Made by a program: the position numbers and the translations under genes. The notes beneath the pieces are model-generated. The model did not search any database, had not been told where the DNA came from, and worked only from the letters and a program-made list of their open reading frames with translations. A stretch of 64,000 nucleotides of DNA, from positions 8,184,001 through 8,248,000 of the forward strand of contig NC_092672.1 in the NCBI RefSeq assembly GCF_964355755.1, given 5' to 3'. The stretch is from Antedon mediterranea. Lineage: Eukaryota > Animalia > Echinodermata. Positions 56,929 to 64,000 of the stretch are shown here, one piece after another (the stretch's first letter is position 1; each line of letters starts with the position of its first letter).

Positions 56929-59753
56929 CTCTCTCGAAGTGCCATATCATGAGACTTTGGCGATCATGTTGTGCCACAATTCTCTGTCTATTGCCATATT
57001 CAGCAACTCTACTTCTTTGGTATTCTCGCCTCTATTCCGAATCCATTCAGCTATGCTGGCCAACCAAGTGACTCTTTTCCTCCCTCTGCTCCTTCTTCCT
57101 TCTATTTTCCCCGTTAATGCCAAGTTCTCCAGACCTCCCTTCCTCAACACATGTCCCATGAATCTCATCTGTCTAATCCTAATATCCTTCAGTAGTTTCC
57201 TGCATACTCCAGCTCTTATCAATACATCTTCATTACTAACTCTATCTGTCCATGGAATTCTCATCATTCTCTTTAGAAACCACATCTCACAGCTTTCCAA
57301 TCTTTTTCTGAGGTCAGTTGTGATTGACCAGGCTTCACTTCCATACATCAGCACAGGATAGATGTAGCAGTTTAATACACGCAACCTGGTTTCCATACTC
57401 ATCGCACAGTTCTTCAAGATATTCTCCATTTCTCCAAATGCGGATTTCGCAAAGACTATCCTTCTCTTTATCTCCGTTACACACCTGGCATCATCTGTTA
57501 TTTTGCTCCCAAGATAGTTAAAAGAGGACACCTGCTGAATTAACTGGTCTCCTGCTTGAAGGTTACACGTTGGACTCTCCTTTTTTGACACTACTAAACA
57601 CTCTGTCTTACTACAATTTATAGACAGACCCATCTTTTTGCTCTCTACTACAACCACATCCAGCAACCTTTGGAGATCTTCAGCTGACTCTGCCAGTAGA
57701 ACTGTGTCATCTGCATATCTGATGGTTGTAATATTTCTACCACAAATTCTCAAACCCTTCTCATTATCTAGCTCTCTCAAGATCAACTCGCTATAGTAGT
57801 TAAACAAGTCTGGTGACATTACACAGCCCTGTCTCACTCCTCTTCCAATACTTGTGTAGTCACTGTAACATGCAGTCTGTTTCCAGTACAAATTTTGCAA
57901 CAATCTAAGATCCTTTCCATGTAGGTCAAGCTTGCTAAGTTCTTGAAATAGCTACTCATGCCTTACTTTGTCAAATGCCTTGGTGTAGTCTATGAAACAC
58001 ATGTATACATCTTTCTGCATCTCCACTGCCCTTTCAGTTATCATTCTTATCACAAAGATGGCATTCCTGGTGCCTGAATCCTTTACAAAACCAAACTGCT
58101 CACTCCCAATCTCTGGTTTTAATCTGCTTCTTGCTCTCATAAGTAGTATCCTCAGAATGATCTTGGTGACATGACTCATGAGGGTGATTGTACGATGTTT
58201 TTCACATTCTACAGCACCTGGTTTCTTCGGAAGGGCAATAAAAATGGACTTACTCAAGTCCTCAGGGAAGCTTCCATCCTCGTATATCTTATTGATCACT
58301 TCAGGTAACTTTTCCACTCCATACTCTTCTAATGCCTCAATCATCTCGATGACTACACCATCCGGTCCTGCCGCCTTATTCTTCCTCAATATCTTGATTG
58401 CTGTTCGTACTTCTGCTTTCAAGATCTTCGGTCCTTCTTCTGAGTCAGGAAAGCTTGGCATTGCTTGTCTAACATAAAAAAACAGCTCCCCGATATACTC
58501 TGTCGATCTTTTCAAAATATCAGTCTTTTCAACAAGCATTGTTCCATCTTTTGCCTTAATGCATCCAGAGTTTGAGCAGCCAGACTTCCTTCCAGTGATC
58601 TCATTTAGTCTCTGATAAATCTTGTGGTTGTTGTTCTCTAGTCCACTCTCAATCTCCTCACACTGTGTGTTAAGCCACTTTTCTTTTGCCTCCCTGCACT
58701 TTTGCTTAATTTCTCTATCTAGATCTTTATATTCTTTACTTGATCTACTACTAATCTTCTGTTGATCCGTCATCATTGATAGTATCTCTTCCGACACCCA
58801 TATGTTCTTCCTTATCTCTCTTTCTTAGGTAAGGATTCTTTGGCTGTCTCAACAAGGATGTCTCTCATTGCATCCCACGTAATCTCTTCACCTTCGTCTA
58901 CAAGGATGTCAAACTTATTCCTCACTTGAATGGAATATTCCAAACGGATCTCCGGACTGTTTAGCTGCTCAAAGTCTAATTTCTGTACATTTTTGGCTTT
59001 CTTCACCTTTTTTAACTTTGATTGAAGTGTGCAAACCACTGGAATGTGGTCACTTCCACAATCTGCCCCTGGATATGTTTTTGCATGAGTCACTGCCCTT
59101 TTCCACCTACTGTTTACTGCAATGTAGTCAATCTGATTCCTCGTCACATCACCAGGGCTCTTCCATGTGTATATTCGTCTGGGATGCTCTTTAAACCATG
59201 TATTTGTTATGGTCATATCCTTAGCTTTACACCAGTTCACCCATCTGTCGCCACGCGCATTTCTTTCACCCATCCTATGCTCTCCAACTGTGTTTCCATC
59301 TTGTTCATGGCCAACCTTTGCATTCAGATCACCCATGATGAAATTTATCTCATCTGATTTGCATTGGGATTTGGTCTAAGGTCCCATAAAAGTTATCTAT
59401 CTCTTCATCTGTGCTGTCAGCTGTAGGTGCATAAACCACTATGATAGAGATATTGAAGGGTTGTCCCTGCAGTTTGACCAGCATAACTCTTTCACTCACA
59501 GCCCAATAGCCCAGCATACATTTAGCCATATCACCATCCAAAAGCAACCCTACACCTTTTACATGTTTGTCTCCTCCAGCGTAAATCATCTTGTAATCAT
59601 CAATCATAAATTCACCATTATTTGTCCAATGAGTTTCATTTATCCCTAATATATTGATATTGAGTCTTATCATTTCCTGGTTAACATTTTCAAGTTTGCC
59701 ATCTTGATACAAGGTCCTCACATTCCACGTTCCTAGTCTGATTGTACTTCTAT
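56929..59753 (-). mobile_element. RTE-clade (BovB-like) LINE with a nearly complete EN+RT ORF, inactivated, 11-bp TSD
   Basis: APE endonuclease motifs LGTWNVRTL, YAPT, MGDLNAKVG, NQIDY, SDH; RT motifs FIDYTKAFDKV, GVRQGCVMSP, RYADDT, YLGS. Several frameshifts and stops. TSD TGAGATATTAT at 56918-56928 and 59754-59764; short (GA)n tail. Confidence 0.93.
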
Positions 59754-62047
59754 TGAGATATTATAGTTTAATCAAATATTTAAAAGATTCTTGTCTCACT
59801 GTTTCTATCGATTGTTTGATAATTTCAGAGCTAGCATTACTGCTACCAGAATCACAGTAAGCATGTATCAAGTCAAGACAAGTGAATGAATTCTATTTGT
59901 GAACTTAATTTAGAATCAAAGTAGCCAATATCCTGGAGGCACTGACAAGTATATGGATACTCTTAGATTGGTATCGTTTAGCACATTTCATTGCAAGGCA
60001 AAATGATGCAATTGCCAACTCTTCTAGATTCCCTAGTCTAACATCTGTGTGATCACACATCAATATACTTTATACAAGTGTAAGGCTACGATGTACTATA
60101 TCATAATCGATTATGTATCCATACCGTATGATGTCTGTAACGAATGTAATATAAAAACTCTACCATATTATCTTTGACAGATGGTGATTCAAAACATGCC
60201 CACGGATTTATATCATTGACTTTTTGACGATCAAGTAGTAACTTACAATACTCCTTATTGCATACTCATAATCATAATTTTCAAATTGTTTATAGAAACA
60301 TCCCGAGATTTGTTTTTAATGATAGGCGTGTATTGTGAGACGGCAAGTGTTTGAAACTAATAACTAGACTCTAGAGTGGCGTTGGGGATAATTATGTATT
60401 TTTATTTGATACATTAAAGTTTATGTACTTCAAATCTAACAAAAATGAATTATGTTATGAATATCACTCGATTGCATTTTGTCTACTTCAATAGGCATTT
60501 TCGATATATAATTGTACATAAATAAACGCTTGGTTTCGTTGTTGTGTTCTCATGCATAAAAGAATGCAAGCTTCGCAATTACAAACACTAAAATAATATG
60601 TGGACTCATCCACTAAGCGAAATTACTAATTCTGTATATTATTGCCCAGTATTAAATAACTATTCAAGATATATTGTCCCCTTTTCGATTTTTTAATATG
60701 TCATTTTAATGTTACATAATAGTTATTTACTTTGGCCAAAAACTAAATCGAAAAAAAAAAATATTTACTTGAAAAAATGAAATTGAAAGCAAAAAAATAC
60801 TTAGATTGTCTGTCAGACAATGGTTTGTGGTTAAAATTAAACGTTTCTCTTGTCTTTTGGGTTTTTTTTTTACAGAAGTGCATAACTTTATTGATCATCA
60901 TTTTCCATGTCTTTGTGGGACAATGCATCTTTACCGTTTTAGTCTATTTCTACATGAGAATGGCTAATGGACACAAGTTCGTTGGGGGATGGAGGGGGGG
61001 GGGGTGGGGGGGTTAGGGGTGGCTTTGTCAAATAATTGTCCCTTAATAGAGATGTCTCTTTGACACTCTTTCGATCGTTTTAAGGGAAGTGTACCATAAG
61101 AGATTTCCACTAAATAGAGGTGCCATCCATTTACTGTTTTACTATAACTTGACAAGAATAAACACAATACAAGTCCTATACCAATGGATAGACTAGTCCT
61201 AATAATTCTTATTATTATATTAAACAGTTTATTTTCGGTAATTAATAATAATATATAACTATAGTTCTGTGAATTCTAATCAAATTATTGGAATTATTAT
61301 CATGGGATATTTTGGCAAAATAAGATCGAAACAGTACTGTCTGCAGATTGGATATTACGCTCCTCTACTTTCTACTATAGACATATATAGTATGTTGTTT
61401 TTAGTTGTGAATACTATTAGCATTTTGCAAAGCACGCTCGTTGAGCTTGTGCACTCTTTATGTTCATAATCAGTGTACCATCTCCCGCATACCTGGCTCA
61501 ATATATAGGCTATATTGTGCCAGTTCTGCGGTACATTTCATTTCGAAACCTGAGCTGCACTGACGAGATCTAATAAGATCGAAACAGTACTGTCTGCAGA
61601 TTGGATATATATATATATAGTCAGATCCAAATTTAAGAGTGAAATTAACTCTCATGACAGCCAAAATTTGGGCAGTCACCTTTGCGGCACATCTTGCAAA
61701 ACTTGTTCATTGGTTGATTCTACTGTAACCAAACTGGCCGCATTTTTTGGATAAGACAATCAATTAATAAGGTTGCTGAGATAATGTCCTTCCGAAATTG
61801 CTATCTTAGTGTTTCATTTTGATACCGTCGCCATGTTAAAAATAAGAATAATTCCTATTCTACACTGTATGTAACATGTATACAGATTATACCGTTTGCA
61901 CTGTATATACTATATGACACAAAATTGACAGAATTCAGCACTAACAGCATATGATATTCTTCAGTTCAGGTCATAATGCCATAATCTTTTTCCGTGTGCA
62001 AAATTCCAACGTATGACGTGCGCGTGGCGTTTGTCGTGCGGATAACT

Positions 62048-62077
62048 AACTCGTCAAAGTGACGAGTTCAAATCTAG
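62048..62077 (+). mobile_element. Helitron-like 3' terminus
   Basis: Hairpin AACTCGTCA-AAG-TGACGAGTT, then 5 nt, then CTAG followed by T. Homology to CAT copy 1 resumes immediately afterwards. Confidence 0.55.
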
Positions 62078-62467
62078 TATTTATATTCCAATGATGACAC
62101 GATATTCCTGTTCAGAAAGCTTTCATTTTATACGTGTACGCACTCATAACTATAATCTTTGAATTTTATAGTAAACTCATCCAATAAAATGTTATTACTG
62201 GAACTTTATTTTGTGTCCATTTTTTTGTCAGTTTATCAAACAAATATATAACCAGCTTTTTTCAGTGACCTTAACTTTAACGTAATTATTAAGGTGAATC
62301 GAATAATCTATAGGTTAAACAACTGGCGTTTAATCAATTGAATGAATATATATAGGCCTATATCAGTATATATCACCGGGCGGTTTAGAATTAGTGTTCT
62401 TTGCCTACTGTGTTTATATATTATATATATATATTGATGTTACTTGAACGAGTATTTTAACGTTAAG

Positions 62468-64000
62468 ATGTCTAGGCTTAAAAGAGCTCTTTCCAATATC
62501 AATCGTAAAAAGCTTCTGGATGAAGATGTACTTGAGACACAGCTCGAAAGATGCCTTACCACCTGGGATATGACGCTACTCGGCATCGGCGCTATAGTAG
62601 GCTCAGGATTGTTTGTATTAACTGGCGAGGTTGCTGCCAACACAGCTGCGCCATCTGTAAGTCTGTCGTATTTCATTGCCGGAATCGCAGCACTACTGGC
62701 TGCAATTTTCTACGCCGAGTTTGGTGCAAGAATTCCAAAAGCGGGATCTGCGTATATATTCGCATATGTGGCAGTTGGAGAGATCTGGGCTTTTTTGGTA
62801 GGTTGGAATATTCTCTTGGAGTACGTAGTAGGAGCATCTGCCACAGCAAAAGCATTCAGTGGATATTTTGATGAATTAACTGGCGGCTACATTAACCAGT
62901 TTATAATAGATACACTTCTTGGTGGAGAGGAATGGCAGTCTGATATCTTTTCTGACTTTCCGAACATTATGGCAGCTCTTTTAATTGTAATATTAATTAT
63001 CCTAGTTTCATCAGGAGCTGCCCTATCCACAAAACTTAACAGCGTAGTTGTTGTAACAAGTCTAGGGCTTGTTCTAGGGCTTGTCGTATTTATGTTCGTA
63101 ACATCTATGTTTTACGCTGATGTCTCAAACTGGTCTGTAGGAAATGGTTACTTTGCGTACGGATTTACAGGTACCTTATCGGGTGCGGCAACATGTTTTT
63201 ATGCGTATCTTGGGTTCGAAGTTATTGCTGTCTCCGGTGAGGAGGCAAAAACACCAGCTAAAAGTATACCTCTGGCTACGATATACTCGTTTAGTGTTTC
63301 TGCATCTTGCTACATTATAGCTTCAATTGGATTGACATTAATGGTTCCTTCCTTCCTTCTTGGCTGCGTTTGAATATGTTGGCTTAGACTGGGCAAAATA
63401 CATCGTTAGTATAGGAGCTGTACTTGCGATTCTTACCTCTTCGTTTGGAATTATATTTCCTCTACCACGATCACTTTACGCAATAGCAAGTGATGGTCTT
63501 CTTTTTAAAGTATTTGCTAAGGTAAATGAACGAACGAAAGTACCAATATTTGGAGTCGTTTTCTTTGGGATATTTTCAATCATTTTAGCAATATTTTTTG
63601 ATCTAGATGCTCTTATAGAATTTCTATCGATTGGCACCTTGTGCGGCTTCTCTTTTGTCGCCGCATCTGTAATAATTGTCAGATACTCACCAGAATTGTG
63701 CAACATCACAATACGCAACCCAAGAGGCCGCCCTGTCGTCTATAATAAAATTTCTAATGGAGAGATTAGTGACATTTTAGAGGAACCTGGAACTATTTCT
63801 AGTGAGAAGGAATTATTAACTGGACGATTGAAGGAACGCTTCCAATGTCTTGCCTTTCTTGAGAGTTCAGTGCCCGATGAAACAGTTGTGTACTGTTTAG
63901 CCTTCAGTGTAATTTGTGAATTTATGACAGCAATTGTTCTTGTCTATAAATATGAAGACTTGTTAGCAGGAGATTGGTGGGCTGTGATATGTGTCATCAT
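62468..64000 (+). pseudogene. Frameshifted duplicate of the cationic amino-acid transporter gene (runs off the right edge)
   Basis: Near-identical to copy 1 from 52599 onward. At about 63350, 24 nt are replaced by CCTT (net -20), giving a stop at 63373. There is also a 12-nt duplication at about 63061-63085 and substitutions AGPS>AAPS and AICY>AIFY. Confidence 0.88.

Larger units (their letters stand above)
60320..64000 (+). repeat. Tandem segmental duplication of the CAT locus (paralog of about 50715-54140)
   Basis: Collinear shared blocks: 50745-51010 with 60345-60600; 51090-51450 with 61125-61270; 51775-51850 with 62078-62150; and the CDS. Confidence 0.9.

Overview
AT-rich, intron-containing animal genomic DNA; an invertebrate deuterostome, probably echinoderm-like, inferred from HYR/SUEL-rich receptors, Deu-domain SINEs and the repeat content. 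I spliced the genes by hand from GT-AG sites and reading-frame phase. The window holds: (1) the first four coding exons of the 26S proteasome ATPase Rpt1/PSMC2 (- strand, runs off the left edge); (2) two tandem 5-exon genes for secreted ML-domain (MD-2/NPC2/GM2AP-like) proteins (+); (3) two tandem, apparently intact adhesion-GPCR genes (-) with the architecture signal peptide-(SUEL lectin-HYR)n-short GAIN/GPS-7TM, where n=3 and n=1; (4) an intact cationic amino-acid transporter gene (SLC7A/CAT4-like, +) and a frameshifted tandem copy. Mobile DNA includes an internally deleted Kolobok transposon carrying a KolX (P2X7-ballast-like) gene, RTE, Rex1-like and Proto2/RTEX-like LINE fragments, 5S+tRNA Deu-domain SINEs, a MULE/foldback element with a 10-bp TSD, a TA-flanked element filled with an 18-bp minisatellite, many MITEs, a Helitron-like 3' end, and a small Penelope-type insertion with inverted hammerhead-ribozyme motifs. 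The most interesting items are the modular lectin-HYR adhesion GPCR pair (variable lectin modules, near-identical TM exons) lying tail-to-tail with duplicated ML genes, the mirrored arms of the Kolobok, and the hammerhead insertion. All family assignments come from motif recognition, not database searches.
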